NCBI GenBank assembly: GCA_020891255.1
Contig: BQFW01000003.1
Coordinates: 806,001-870,000 of the forward strand
DNA from: Entomortierella parvispora E1425
Lineage: Eukaryota; Fungi; Mortierellomycota
Length of the DNA stretch: 64,000 bases
Direction: 5' to 3'
The notes beneath the pieces are model-generated. The model saw only the letters and a list, made by a program, of their open reading frames with translations, was not told where the DNA came from and made no database searches. This document shows, piece by piece, positions 49,901 through 63,487 of this stretch; position 1 is the stretch's first letter, and the number at the start of each line of letters is the position of its first letter. The translations under genes and the position numbers were made by a program.

Positions 49901-51432
49901 TACAGGAATGTATCACTTGAACCTTGAACCTGAAGCACGTCCCTACTACTGGCCCATTGGACTGACGGATCAAACAATGAGCTGTGTCCGGTGCAAGGTA
50001 TGAATTATTTGTGGACAGTGACCTCTTGAAGATTGTCCATATCTAACGCGCCTATACAAACCAAATAGAAGGGAGAAGTTGAGCCGGCAACAATTCCAAA
50101 ACCATTTTTGACGGAGTTGCCTCTGAAGATGCCAACACTGTACCAGGAGAGCGCCTCTGGACAACATGAGGAAGGTTGGCTTCGAACCAGGATTCTCTCT
50201 GGATTGAACAAGGATGAGAAGATTGCCACCACTGCTAGTCGTGACGACGATATTGTAGCCCGGAAAGAGTTGGAAATGGATAAGCTGGTGCTTCAGATGA
50301 TTGATGTAAGCTCATGCAGGGAAAGCTCTTTTTTTCCCTTTTTTTTTTTTTTTTTTTTTTTCGTTCAATCCTAACCACTATTTGAATCTATGAAAATTAG
50401 TTGGCCTGCAAATCTGACAGGACCCAAAAGGCGCAAGATCTTACTGCCATGCTCTGCAACCTTCGTTCAATTGATGCCGCCATCAAGATTGCTCACCATC
50501 ACAACCTTCACAGTCTTATGGAGCGTATGAACTGGGTCAAGGAAATTAAGATGAAGGAAGAAGAAAACCGAGATCCAGAGGCGGAGGCAGAATTAATTAT
50601 GGCGAACCCTGTTCTCGCTGAGAAGCAAACGAGGGACCACAATGCTTCCAGACTTGCTTCAAGAGCGGAAGAGCAAGAATTGGAGAGACGGACATTCCAG
50701 AGAAAGGACCCGGTGGCGCCAAATGACCCTTTTGGACGACGAGTCGTTAAGGAAGGCTCCTTTAGTAGAGCAAATGGCCAAGGATCATCAGCATCCGCAG
50801 CCAACCCTTTTAAGAAGAAGAGCGCCAACAGCGATGGAGGTTCTCGTGGATTTGGCCTGGTCAAAGAAATCGAGGGTACAGCGCTTCCTCTTCCTCTCAT
50901 CCGCAGAGCAACAGATGTTTTCCAGGCAGCTGACTATTTGGCAGCAGATGAACAGCGTTCCAAGGCTGATCGAGAGAAAGCGTCGCGTCAAGAAGATTCA
51001 CTCCGGAAGCGTAAAGCCAATGGGCCAACAGTGGGTGGCGGACAGAAGACACTTGATATCTTTAGCAAGGCGTCAACTTCAGCTGGTAGCAACAGTGTTG
51101 CGGACGCTAAACGCTTCAAGAGACAGGAGGAAGAGGCGGTCGAGGAGAGCGAGGCAGACAGGATGATGGATGCGGACGATTTCTTGGAGGAGGAAGAAGA
51201 GGCAATGGACGAGCGCGAAGACTCTATGCCACCTCTTGCGCAGGTCATTCCCACAACACAATACGTGCGACCCACAGATGACGAAGGTGACCTTTTCGAG
51301 ACCATTGATGACTCTGTCGAGGTGACGCGCGAGCGCTTGGAGAAGAGCCAAATGCAGGCATCGTCATCTCCATCCCCACCCAAGCCCCAAAGCTCGAGCT
51401 CCGTCCTGGCCGGGTTCAAGTTCAGCAAGTGA
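46940..51432 (+). CDS. CTF4: CTF4/Mcl1/AND-1 (WDHD1) replisome hub protein, multi-exon
   Basis: N-terminal WD40 exons (MAPKVTSRWAH...AYAPDG), SepB region FQSGST...RRYLAFNLLGLITTVD...ISVEFHD, and GIPAFYDDKG...YYWPIG. Confidence 0.88.
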
Positions 51433-51608
51433 ACAACAATTTCCCAGTTTAAAAAATAAAAATATAATTCGACTAATTTATTTTTGGTGGCTTGTGACTT
51501 CCCCACAAATATTTTTTTTTTGCCTCGAGGATAAAAGGCTCCATGCCAGCATTCTCCATCCCTTGTTCAACTCATTACTTCACCCTTGAGAAGTCAGCAA
51601 TTAAAGCC

Positions 51609-52672
51609 ATGTCTGCCCAAAAGTCCTACCTCGAGCGCTCCAAGCTTCACTCCAACCCCACCGCCAAGGCTTTCTTGGAGCTCATGGAACGCAAGAAGTC
51701 AAACTTGTCCGTCGCTGCTGATCTTACCACCAAGGCTGGATTGATTGAGTTGGCCGACAAGGTCGGACCCTACATCTGCCTGCTCAAGGTCAGTTTTCTT
51801 TCTGCTGACCTTCCTTCATAACCTTGTACCTCTGGGAATATTCTTTTGGGTATTTGGTGTGATACAGGTGTGCCACGCGATCTTCCTCTAACCCAAAAAA
51901 AATCCCGATTCCCAAAAAATATAATTGAAACGCTTGCCTTAACAGACCCACATTGATGTTGTGGAGGACTTTGACCAGGATCTGGTGGACCAATTGACCG
52001 CCCTTGCGAAGAAGCACGACTTTATGATCTTTGAGGATCGCAAGTTTGCCGATATTGGTGAGTTGCAGTGCAAGACCTGGTGAAAGAGCCTTTTGATCTC
52101 CGGGGTCATTTTTTTTTTCCTAGATTTGCTTTCCCTTTTCTAACGACTGTGCTCTTTTTCGATTTTCTCGAATAGGCAACACTGTCAAGCTCCAGTACAG
52201 CTCGGGCGTCTACAAGATTGCTTCGTGGTCCCATATCACCAACGCTCATATGGTTCCCGGTGAGGGAATCATCCAGGGTCTTCGTGAGGTTGGATTGCCC
52301 TTGAACCGCTGCATGTTGTTGTTGGCTGAGATGTCGTCTGCCGGTACTTTGGCCAAGGGAGACTACACCGAGACGACAGTGCAGATGGCTCGCAAGTACA
52401 AGGATTTCGTTGTTGGCTTCATTGCCATGAAGCGCTATGCTGATCAGGAGGGCGATGATTTTATTTACATGACTCCCGGCGTCGGACTGGATCAGACCTC
52501 GGACGGCTTGGGTCAGCAGTGGAAGCAGCCCAGAGAAGTTGTCTATGACCAGGGATGCGATGTGATCATTGTGGGCCGTGGCATCTACGGCAAGGGACGC
52601 GACCCCGCCTTTGAGGCCAAGCGCTACCAGGAGGCCGGTTGGAACGCTTACCTCGAGAGAATTGCCAAGTAA
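51609..52672 (+). CDS. URA3: Orotidine-5'-phosphate decarboxylase (two introns)
   Basis: CLLK/THID, catalytic [20 protein letters not shown]...GDGLGQQ-type loop and [10 protein letters not shown]. Confidence 0.97.
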
Positions 52673-53088
52673 ATGCGCCGACTAGGATAGATAATAAACT
52701 AGGCGAATGTAAATATAAAAAAAAGTGAAGAGAAGGAAAAAAAAGAAAAGAACAGAGGAACAGATAAAGGGAACCAAGCCCGTTTCCAGTTACCCAGGAA
52801 CCGCATGGCATCACTCCAAGGGCCAATTGCACCCAGTAGAGTTTCCACGTCACAGAAGCCACTTTTCTCACTTTTCTTGGAACACCTTCGTCATCTCTCT
52901 CCTTTTCTTCTCCATCCCTCACGGCATCATCCTTCTCCTTGCTGCATCCCCTCTCTATCCTCATCTGCATCCATCCTTCTCTCTGTGCTGTACTGTGCTG
53001 GTCCTACCCTGAGAGCGCGTGTTTGCTTCCCTTTTCTCTTCTCTACTTCCCTTCATTCACCTCGTCGTCCTACATCAGCCCCACGCTC

Positions 53089-56000
53089 ATGTCCCGAGGC
53101 AACGAACGCAAGCCCACGTCCACCAAGGCGATCGTCCTCCGCTCGGTCTTGGCCCTGGGACTCGCCCTTGGCTGCGTGAATGCAGTCAAGCGCGAGGACT
53201 TCAAGACCTGCGCCCAGTCTGGTTTCTGTGCCCGCAACCGTGCCTATGCTGATCTCGCCAAAGACACCCCTCAATGGACCTCGCCCTTCCAGCTTAATCC
53301 ATCCTCATTGCGACTCCAGAAGGGCATCATCTCGGGCGACCTGCTCAACATTCAGGAAGAGCAGTTGCCTGCCTCTGGAAAGGCTCTGTCTTTTGAACTC
53401 CACCTCCTCGATACCGAGGCTGTACGCGTCCGCATCAACGAAGTTGACCCCATTAAGCCCCGCTACGATGGTGTCCAGGACACGGTTCTGATCAGACCCT
53501 ATGGATACTCTTCCGAGGGTCAATACGAGCGACTCTCCAAGGACGACAATGGCGTCCTGTCGGTCAAGTATGGCTCTGAGGGTCAAAACACGGTCAAGAT
53601 CACCTCGGCCCCTTTCAAGGTCGAGTTCCTGGTTAATGGCGTCTCGACGGTCATCCTGAACGAGGAGGGTCTCTTGAGATTCGAGCGTTTGCGCAACAAG
53701 GAGGCCGAGTCTGAGAAGCTGGTCGATCAGGGCGCACAAGGAGAACAGGAGGGCGAGATCCAGATTGAAAAGTCGGCGTTGGAGCTCAAACTGGAGGAGA
53801 ATCTCTGGGACGAGCGATTCAAGGACAACACGGACTCCAAGCCAAGAGGTAACGGACGCGATCTGCCAGGAGGCTCCCCTGAAAGTGTGGGAACAGTCTG
53901 CAGTTTTCCCAATGTGCTGACCTGTAAGTTTCTTTCTTTGCATAGGTCCCGAATCGTTTGGCATGGATATCACGTTTTCAGGAATCAGCCATGTTTATGG
54001 AATCCCTGAGCACGCCACCAGTTTGTCGTTGAAGTCCACGCGAGGACCTGACGCGCCATACACTGAGCCCTACAGATTGTACAACTTGGATGTTTTCGAA
54101 TACGAGATTGATAACCCCATGGCTTTGTACGGATCGATCCCATTCATGATGGGCCACAGCAAAAATTCGACCGCAGCTGTTTTTTGGATGAACGCTGCAG
54201 AGACTTGGATCGATGTTGAAAAGACAAACGAGGACAAGGCCAGTGGTCTTCTCTCATGGATTAAGACCAAGAAGGTGACTCCCACCCCAACAACAAAGAC
54301 GCATTGGATCAGTGAGTCGGGTGTTTTGGATGTGTTTGTCTTCCTTGGCCCAACTCAACGCGATATCTTCCGTCAATATGCTTCTCTCGTTGGCACTACA
54401 GCCATGCCTCAGTCGTTTGCTATTGCCTACCACCAGTGCCGTTGGAACTACAACACTCAGCAGGATGTAGCCGAGGTGGATGCTGGATTTGATGAACACG
54501 ATATCCCATACGATGTTCTCTGGCTCGATATTGAGCATACAAACGGAAAGCGCTACTTTACTTGGGATGACGCCAAGTTCCCTAACCCCGCAGACATGCA
54601 GTTGTCTCTTGGAGCAAAGGGCAGAAAGGTAGGGATTACGATATGATTGTTGGTTGCAGAGGTGTCTCCATGTTATCATAATTGGATGGAACAAAAAATT
54701 GATTTTTATTTCGTTTTATATTTTGTAGATGGTCACCATCATCGATCCCCATATCAAGAAGGACAGTGGATACCACGTCTCTAAACAAGGAACAGAGTTG
54801 GATGTTTACATCAAGAACAAGGATGGAGACACCGACTTTGATGGCTGGTGCTGGCCAGGAAACTCTAACTGGATTGACTTTTACAACCCCAAGGCCAGAG
54901 ATTGGTGGGCTTCCAACTTCAACTATGACAAATATGTGGGATCGACAAAGAACCTCTTCACTTGGAACGACATGAACGAGCCATCGGTTTTCAGTGGACC
55001 AGAGATTACTATCCCCAAGGATGTCATTCACTATGGCAATGTTGAGCATCGTAACGTCCACAACCTTTACGGAACCATGTTCGTAAGTGCTTTTTTTATT
55101 ATTTCTGTTGTTGAAACAAACTTCCAAACTTCTTACTATGGATTTGGTATTCATGTCCTCAACAATCACATTTCATGTAGCACTCTGCCACCGCCCAAGG
55201 CTTGACACAACGTAACGAGACCAACCAAAGACCCTTTGTACTCTCCCGCGCTTTCTTTGCTGGTACACAACGTTATGGAGCTATCTGGACAGGAGACAAC
55301 ACTGCAACCTGGGAACATCTCGAGATCGCCTCACCCATGTTGTTGACCATCGGCCTCGCAGGTGTCCCCTTCTCAGGAGCAGATGTTGGAGGCTTCTTTG
55401 GAAACCCAGAGCCAGAGCTGTTGACCCGTTGGTACCAGGCCGGCATCTACTATCCTTTCTTCCGCGCCCACGCTCATTTGGACAGCAAGCGCCGTGAGCC
55501 TTGGCTGTTTGGCGAACCCTATACCACCCAGATTCGTGAAGCTGTCCGAACCCGGTACACCTTCTTGCCTTTCTGGTACACCCTGTTCCAGGAAGCCAGC
55601 GTCGATGGCATGCCAATTATCCGACCCATGTTCACCGAGTTCCCGGAGGATGAGGCAGTGTTTGGCATGGATGATCAGTACATGGTTGGAGACGCTCTTT
55701 TGGTCAAGCCTGTGACAAAGGCAGGCGTGACTCGTTCGACTGTCTATTTTGCCGGTAATGAGAAGTGGTTCGATATCAAGGATTACAGTGTGCAGCAAGG
55801 ACCAGGAGCCAAGGAGATCGCATCGCCCGCCAACAAGATCCCCGTATACCAGCGTGCAGGAACCATTATTCCTCGTCGCGAGAGACCCCGGAGGTCGTCC
55901 AAGGCCATGGAGAATGATCCTTTCACGTTGGTGATTGCTTTGGACAGCAAGGGCGAGGCCTCGGGCAAGATTTACTTGGATGATGGAGAGACCTTTGATT

Positions 56001-56299
56001 ACCAGAGCGGAGACTACTTGTTGCGCGAGTTCCGCGTCTCAAAGGGAGTGTTGAGCTCGCACGACATCAAGCCAGCAGGAGCGTTGGCTCAGGGCAAGAA
56101 GATCTCTGAGTTTGTGCAGCGGGTAGGCGGACTGAGAATCGAGCGTTTGGTGATCCTAGGCTCAGCTGGATTGAAGACTGTCCGTGTGGGTGACCGCACT
56201 GTGTCGGTGTCGTGTGTGAAGACTGCAGGCAACCATGTGTGCACGGTCAAGGAACCCCAGGTGGCGATCGGCGAGGACTTTTCCTTGCAATTGGAGTAA
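53089..56299 (+). CDS. ROT2: ER glucosidase II alpha subunit (GH31), multi-exon
   Basis: Signal peptide followed by VKREDFKTCAQSGFCARNR, YRLYNLDVFEY, catalytic WNDMNEPSVF, GAIWTGDN and GADVGGFF. Confidence 0.95.
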
Positions 56300-56529
56300 A
56301 GTATTAGAACGAGTGAATTATAGTGACTGCGTCCATTTCATTAAAACGCGCTCTTCGGTGGCGACAACGAAAACAAATAGGCGCGCGTGCAGAAAGGGGA
56401 CTGTTGGTGCCTGTTGCGCTCTTTTGGGAGTCGTCTGTGCTGTGGCATTCACCATTCGCTCCCTTTGCTCCATCTCTTTGCTCCACCTTCCTTCTTTTGC
56501 TCGCCTCTACGGGATCTGGATCACGCACT

Positions 56530-59500
56530 ATGGACCCCGATCAGGAATCACTCCTCGTCTCCACATGCTCTGCCCTCGGTGGGTACGAGCATGTGTCGGA
56601 GGATTGGAACGACGACACCCAGGTCTATGTCATGGGTGACGAATGTCTAGGTGCGCTGCGTGCTATTGCTTGTCTGCATGCTTGCCTGCTGTTCTTCTTA
56701 TGTTCTTATTTTGGCCTCAAGTCATCTGTTTCTCTGTCTCTTGGAATGGAGACAAACGATGAAGGATCCATTCCCCCGGTCGCTGACAAAAGAAACCTTT
56801 TTTTTTATGAAAAACATAGAGTGCATGAAGGATATCAAAAAGTTCATCAAGTTCTTTGGAGACCACCCGGACAATCCCGCCCTGGTCCTGTTGGCCAGAA
56901 TGGGAACTCTTGAAAACGACTTGATTCCCATAATGCTCCTCAACTCGCCTGCCGACAACGAAGTCAAGGAGCGACTCGTCCTTGCCTGCAGTAACGTGTC
57001 TTGTGTTGAACATTGATGGTCTCCGATATGTAGAACAAGAGCATTGCAAGTGAACTGACAGCGCTTCCTTTTACTATTAGTTGAATTGATTGTACCAATG
57101 ACCTGGATCATTGACTTTAAGGAACTTCAGGCAGCGGCCGAGAAACAGGAGGATGACAGCGTGGTGGGAAACCTGCACCAAAAGACAGAGATCTTGCGAG
57201 CATACAAGTTGGCGTGTATTCAGCCGCGTGTGATGGAAGCCGTCGTTGGGGTCCTCATGAGACCCTTGAATGTCGAATATCGGTATAGGATCGGGAGTCT
57301 CTATTATTTTTTGTTGTCTTTATTCTTTTGCTTGATAATTGGACTTACTTTTGGTGATCCCTTCTATGATTCATTTTGTCCGCAACAGTCTGAGGACCAC
57401 CAGGGATCAGGCGATTATTCGACTCGGGCTCTCTTTATTCAGGAACTTGGTAGCAATCCAGGACGCAGAGACTTCTATCACAGGCAGCATGAACCAATTT
57501 ATTAGCTCTGTCATGCAGGATACTCTCTTGGAACGGTTCAAGGAAGAGGCCGTCTTGACCCTCCTGCTCGTTCTTGCCTCATCATCGACGGAACCTCAGT
57601 ATGTCGAGTGGAATGCCATCACCCTTGAAATTTTTTATCATATTTTTTCTGGAATCGACCCCGCAGAGCTCATCCCAAGCGCTTCCGTAAGTTTGGACTA
57701 TCCATTATTCCCAGCTTTTTGACATACTCGAAGGGTTTAGGACCATTTTCTAACCTACCTCTTCATCGATTTCAAGCAGAGCGGCGGTACCGTCAACACT
57801 CGACTTCAGGATCTCTTGGCCAAGGAGGAACGGGAGAGGACTTCCAAATCGACTGCGGGACGCAAACGTCATGATCGCTTTGGCACCACTGGATCCGTCA
57901 AGCTTCAGGTAACGCACTCTTCTTTCGATCAGAATATGTGGAACCAAATCAAAACAATTGATAAAATACTAAAGCACGAATCGGCATGTATTTATTTTTC
58001 AGGACGGCACAACCATCGTTTTGCACAAGAAGGGTGCTCTTTTCACCGATTTTGAGCAACAGCTGGACGACATCAAGAAACCTAGAGCGAAAAAGAAACA
58101 TCTAAAGGTTAGTTGTCCCTGCAGCTCCTGTGAACATTGTGTTTTGGACAAAGTACACTGACAGAAATGATGCAAACTCTTTAGGAGGAGGGCGAGTACA
58201 GGAAAAATCTGACAAAATCTGGAATGTTGAGACTGAGGAATCTCGCCTCCACCTTTTTGGAGAGCTGTTACAACCGTATGCGACTTTTGGAAATTGTACA
58301 GTCTTGTGGAGGAATGGTGACATCAGATCACTCACCTCTCTATTACATTGCATTTCTTTGTTTTTTTGTAGCTTTCTTCGAGACTTTGAGAAAGGACATT
58401 GAATACGGAAGAGAAAAGATCAAACCCCATCACAGGAAGCAATATCTCTTCTTGATGACCTTTTTGCTAAAGTTCCAACGCCTGTATGTCGACTATCTGA
58501 ACCGTCAATTCGCCGAAAAGAAGAAGAAGGCGCAGCCTTTCATGCTGAAAACTTTGGAAGAAAAGCACGAGAAGGACCTCTATGAATATGGATTTCATCT
58601 CGTAGCCACGTCGATGGAAGTTACTTGCGTTTTCCAGATTATTACGAAAATCCGAGAGGCATATGAATTGAAGGTAAGGTGCAAAGAATAGGTGAGGACA
58701 TACTTATTTCTGTAAAAGGAGTTGTTACTCAAGCATTGCAACCACTTCTTCACTTTTTAGGAGTTTGATGACGTGAGGGTTGGAGTGAATTGTCTTCAAG
58801 AACTGGTAATGCGGATTGAAAATTATATGGAATGGCAACAGGAAGCAATGTGTGGCAGCGATGGATCACTGAATTTTGTCATTCTTGACCGTAATAGCTT
58901 TCAACTTTGTATGTCATGAGTAAATCAGGCGATCAGGAGCTGAAGGATGCATCCGATCATGTTCAGATCAACCTCTACTACGAAGAGGCCACCTTGGAGC
59001 TGCTTATCGATCTAGTCAAAACTTATGGCGTGCAGTCTAAAAAGTATGAACAGCTTCTTCACTATTTGATGTTTGGTGTACTGCTATGATATACTTACAG
59101 TCCTGACGCTTCTATCTTGTTGTAGGTATCTTCACGCTGTGTTAAAGATGATTCACATACTGCTCAAGTCGCTAGAGAGTTACTCCAAAGAGAAACCAGA
59201 CTTGATCGTCCGTAAAGTTGTTGCGCAAAGGAAGAAGAAGGACAAAAAGAAAACCGCGGAAGGAACTGCAGGCACTAAAGGCACTGAAGGGGCAGAAGGG
59301 GCTGAAGGGACAGAAGGAGCTCAAGGAGATGACGCTCAACAGGCTGAGAATACCGACCAAGCTGACGGCGAATCCCAGCCAGCACATCATAACGAAAACG
59401 ATAACGAAGACGACGTTGAAAGCCAAGAGAATGAGGTTCGCCGTATTGCAAAGGAGCGCAGGTTCCACTTCCAGACGTTTGAAAACGTAAGATCCACTTT

Positions 59501-61950
59501 AACATGGTTATCCACCTGTCAGCGATCCTTTCTCACCAGTTGATTGTTTTTTTTTTCTGTCTTCATTAGAGATTCGCGAATGAAAGTGTGGTCGCGACAT
59601 ATTGTGCATTCCTCGAGGACTTTGCAACACTGGACGAGTCTGAGCTTCATTTGGCGGCATCCATGTTCCATCGCATCGCGCTCAGTTGCAAAAACTTGGG
59701 CGTGTTTTACAAGATGTCGACGCTTCACCTCTTTCACCAAATTTTGCTCAAGGGCCATGAGGGAACAAGGAAGGATCTTGAGCCATTTGTGAACTATATA
59801 CTGCATCAGTTCTTCAAGAAGCTTCAAGAGTATCCGTTGCTGATGGTAGATACCTTTTTCCCACGGTTGAAACAGACGTGTCTTGATATTAACGTTGGCA
59901 GAGATGCCGTAGAAATGGAGAATCGTGCTCAGAAGGAAAAGAAGGAGAAGAGGTAACTTGCGTTTATCTGTGGTGCTGAAGACGTTGTGTTCATGACTAT
60001 TCTCGATATTAACAGTTGTCATGTTTTTGAATTTTAATCGTCTAGACTGATGAACATTGAACTCCAGGTCGATCCCAAGAGATCAGAATCAGAACAAATC
60101 CAGATTGCCGTTATGGGACTTTTGGACGAAGATAAGGAAGACCTTGTCTTGTGGGTCATTGATGTAAGTTCTCTACAGATTGAAGCTTTGTCACTGTGCC
60201 CTGTATTCCTGTTTCTAGATTCTCATCCCTCTTTTTTTCCTTTACGCTCATTAGATTCTCGGCGAAGCTGTAGTGAAGCGAATGACAATGACAATCCGTA
60301 CGGAACAGGAACTGGGAGAGAACCCCGATTTGATGTACTCTGTTGAAGGTGTTGAGGATATCCGTAAGTGCAGTTTTGATACTACTTTACTCTCTTCATG
60401 TACTTCAAATGGCCACACGTGCTGATTTTTTTTTTCTTTTTTGGACCTTTAATAGCCATTGAAGCGGTTACACCAGCAAGACAAACGTCTATTCGCGTCG
60501 AGCCACGATTCAGATTGTTGCTCAAACTCCTTTCCTTCACGAAAACTGAAAGTAAGAATGGCCGACTGTGGTATTGCCAGTGTCAACCTCATCCACCCAA
60601 AAGCGCATTTGGATGCTAACCAATATGTCCGATATTTGTATTTTCTTTTTCTTAGCATTCGATGGTGGTTTGCAATACTCGATTCCAAAGACTCTCCCCA
60701 CCGAGACCTTGCATGATTATCAGGAATTGATCCAGGAAGTGCTTGACAAGGAGACGCGTGGAGAACGGGATCCCGATATTGACTTTGCGGCCCTCATTAC
60801 AAAGATCAACAAGACAAAGGCACCTAGCGGAGGCACTCGCCGACGAACGGGCGTCAATGGACAGGACGTTGAACCTGCTGCGGTTCCTGTATACCACTCG
60901 GCAGAGTATGTCATTGACTCTGAGGACGACGAAGACATTTATTTCGACAAGGAGAAGCGACTAAGAGAGCGGACGTCGATGAAGTTTACCGAGGAGCAGA
61001 ACGAGCGCATGAAGCAGTCTGCTGCAATGGAGGCAGAGAAGAAACGGCTGCAAAGCCTGCGCAATGGAGGAGCCACCGCCAAAGCGATCCTGTCACGATT
61101 GGAGAAGAATGGCGCACTTGGCGATGAGGATGAGAATGTGGCTGATCAGGATCAACGTCGGAAGAGGGCCGTGAGTCTGGATGATGACTCGGAGGACGAA
61201 GACCAGGATGACGACGATGATGAGGACAAGGAAAACAGACCTCCCAAGCCCAAGAGTGCCAGTGATGTAGAGAGCAGCGACGATGACGCACGAGCACCCA
61301 GAAGAATATCCATGGGAACTGCAGAGGTTACAAAGTCCTTGTCCGAAAGACTGGCCTCCTCCACCCTCACTTCCCCCGCCAAGAAGCGAAGGGCGATCCT
61401 TTTGGACTCGGATGAGGACGAAGATAGTGGCAGGATCGACGACCAAAAGGCTGATGGTGTAAAGCCAGCGGTTTCCGGGACAAAGGAGGACTATGAGCCG
61501 GCGAGAAAAAAGGTTGTGCCAGAAGATCACTACGATGAGGATGACTCGGACATGTTTGATGAGGGTGACTCGGACGGGTTCGGTGATGGAAGTCAGTACG
61601 TGACCTCCCGTTACCCTTACCTGCCCATGAGGATATTGGACGATGACGACTCGGATGGATTTAGTGACGGAAGCCAGTACTTGACCTCTCGTCGCCCTAG
61701 GCGGCCCATGGTATCCTTGGACGATGACGACACGGATGGATTTAGTGACGGAAGCCAGTACTTGTACTCCCGTCGCCCTAGGCGACCCAGGATGGTCATA
61801 GACGACGACACGGATGGGTTTAGCCATGGCAGCAGTGAAGAAGAAGAGGTTATTGACTCGTCGGATGAGTTTAGCCAAGACGGCAGGGATGAGGTCGACT
61901 CGGGCGGGGTTAACGCAGGAACCAAACCTGATCAACGTGAGCAATTGTAA
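56530..61950 (+). CDS. TOF1: TOF1/Swi1/Timeless replication-fork protection protein, many exons
   Basis: LVSTCSALGGYE...YVMGDECL...KDIKKF, LENDLIPI, ELIVPMTW, RLGLSLFRNLVAI, GRKRHDRFGTTG and LHLAASMFHRIA...YKMSTL. Confidence 0.92.
61558..61830 (+). repeat. Three full 81/81/78-bp coding repeats plus a partial fourth in the TOF1 C-terminus
   Basis: Units start at 61567, 61648, 61729 and 61807. Consensus approximately DDD(S/T)DGFSDGSQYLxSRRPRRPMV. Confidence 0.92.
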
Positions 61951-62725
61951 AATAAAACCAGATTTCTAATAGTAGACATGGAACGGCGTGAGGGTTGCCC
62001 TGATAGAATCGATGATGGCAACCTTCAGGGACATCTTTAGACCGATTTTTTTTTTTACCTTCAATTGCTCAGGCTGAGTTGCCGTGTTTTGCTATGGTGG
62101 CAAAAGGAGTATCTAGAGAGAAGAGTAGATAGACTAGAAAATGAGTCGGGGCAGCACATGTGCATGTACTTTCAGAACTGCGGCCCATAATGAGCACAAT
62201 GCGGCGCGTCCATTGTTTTGTTGACATGGACTATTGGTTGACCGTCTGTGCGAGGGTTGGGCAAGAAAAATAAATAAAGATAGTTTGTTTGCTCTTCTTG
62301 CATTGACTTTGCGGCGGACATGGTGGCGGCCACTAGTCCAGGACTGGAAAAGGAGGATGCAGAAGGGGAAGGGGGACACGAACTCTGCGCCTCGCAAGGC
62401 TCATTGCACTGCCTCCCTGGGCCCCCTGTCCAACGAGAGAGACTCTTACACTACCTCGCTAGCCCCCTTTAAGAAAGAGCGGCTCTCTCGATGATGGAAC
62501 TCCCTTTCTCCTCCGCGCAGGGCAGGAAGGCAGAAGAGAACGCTTCAAGAGAGCAAAAGTCGGAAACTCAAAGTGAAAATTAGTCTGAACCCTGTGACGA
62601 TTTGGCTTCTGCACCGTCCGAACAGTCGAGCATGTTGAGACACGACAGCCCATTTGAACAGCATAGCCCAACGGGCACGCCTCTCTCGCGCTCCGCCTCC
62701 TCTCTGGGAATAGAATAGCTGCCGA

Positions 62726-62738
62726 CTGTCTGTCTGTC

Positions 62739-62770
<32 letters not shown>
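62726..62770. repeat. (TGTC)n tetranucleotide microsatellite
   Basis: Directly visible, with one interruption. Confidence 0.9.
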
Positions 62771-63118
62771 GTTCTGGCCCTTCGAGACCCCCCCGCTCCA
62801 TGGGGACGAGGTAGAGGGTGATTCATCCTACTGGACAGGCATGTTGATAGGCTTGAATCCCTGTTCACCCTCCCGGCGGGTGCTCAATTGCACGGCACGA
62901 CCGGTATGGAAAGGTAGAACGGACATCTTTAAAGAGTGAATGAAAATTTTGGGACGTGATATATTGTTTTGTCTTTGAAGGCCGATGCCGATCCTTCACA
63001 TTATGAGTTTTATTTTATCGGTCGGTGGTATATTTCATTTTTTTTTTTCTTTTTTGGGATTTCTTGCTTTCGTTTCTTGAGTAATTAGAGAAAGAGAGAA
63101 AGGCACATCTCGACCCTT

Positions 63119-63487
63119 TTATTGGACCTTGGCCAATTCGATGTTGAGGTTGGTCTGGGCACGTTGTTGAGCATTGTACTTTGGCAGACAGCAGATCAGG
63201 GCAAAGGGACCGCAGCAGATGAACCAGGCGATATCAGAGCATCCAATCTCGTTCTCAGCGATTTCCCTTTGGTACTGAGCAATCAAGGCCTCGTTGCGAC
63301 GGTAGACCATGACGGGAGGCTGTTGCTGTTGACCATATTGTTGTTGTTGCACATACTGGTGGTGTTGTTGGATATAGGGCTGTTGCTGCTGTTGCTGGGG
63401 TGGTTGTTGGCCATAGGGCTGCTGCTGGTTGTAGGCAGGGGAAGGGCCCTGGTTCACGACGGGGGAGGAAAATTCTGGCTTGGACAT
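63119..63487 (-). CDS. Small protein of about 122 aa with a Q/P/Y-rich N-terminus and a Cys-rich hydrophobic segment
   Basis: Single-exon ORF MSKPEFSS...QQQPYGQQ...GCSDIAWFICCGPFALICCLPKY, preceded by a pyrimidine-rich leader typical of other genes in this window. Confidence 0.7.
   Translation of the reverse strand: MSKPEFSSPVVNQGPSPAYNQQQPYGQQPPQQQQQQPYIQQHHQYVQQQQYGQQQQPPVMVYRRNEALIAQYQREIAENEIGCSDIAWFICCGPFALICCLPKYNAQQRAQTNLNIELAKVQ

Noticed and set aside
61093-61944. 283-aa antisense ORF (and similar long antisense ORFs such as 53305-53973)
   Set aside because: Shadow frames of well-supported genes on the opposite strand, with no domain signal.
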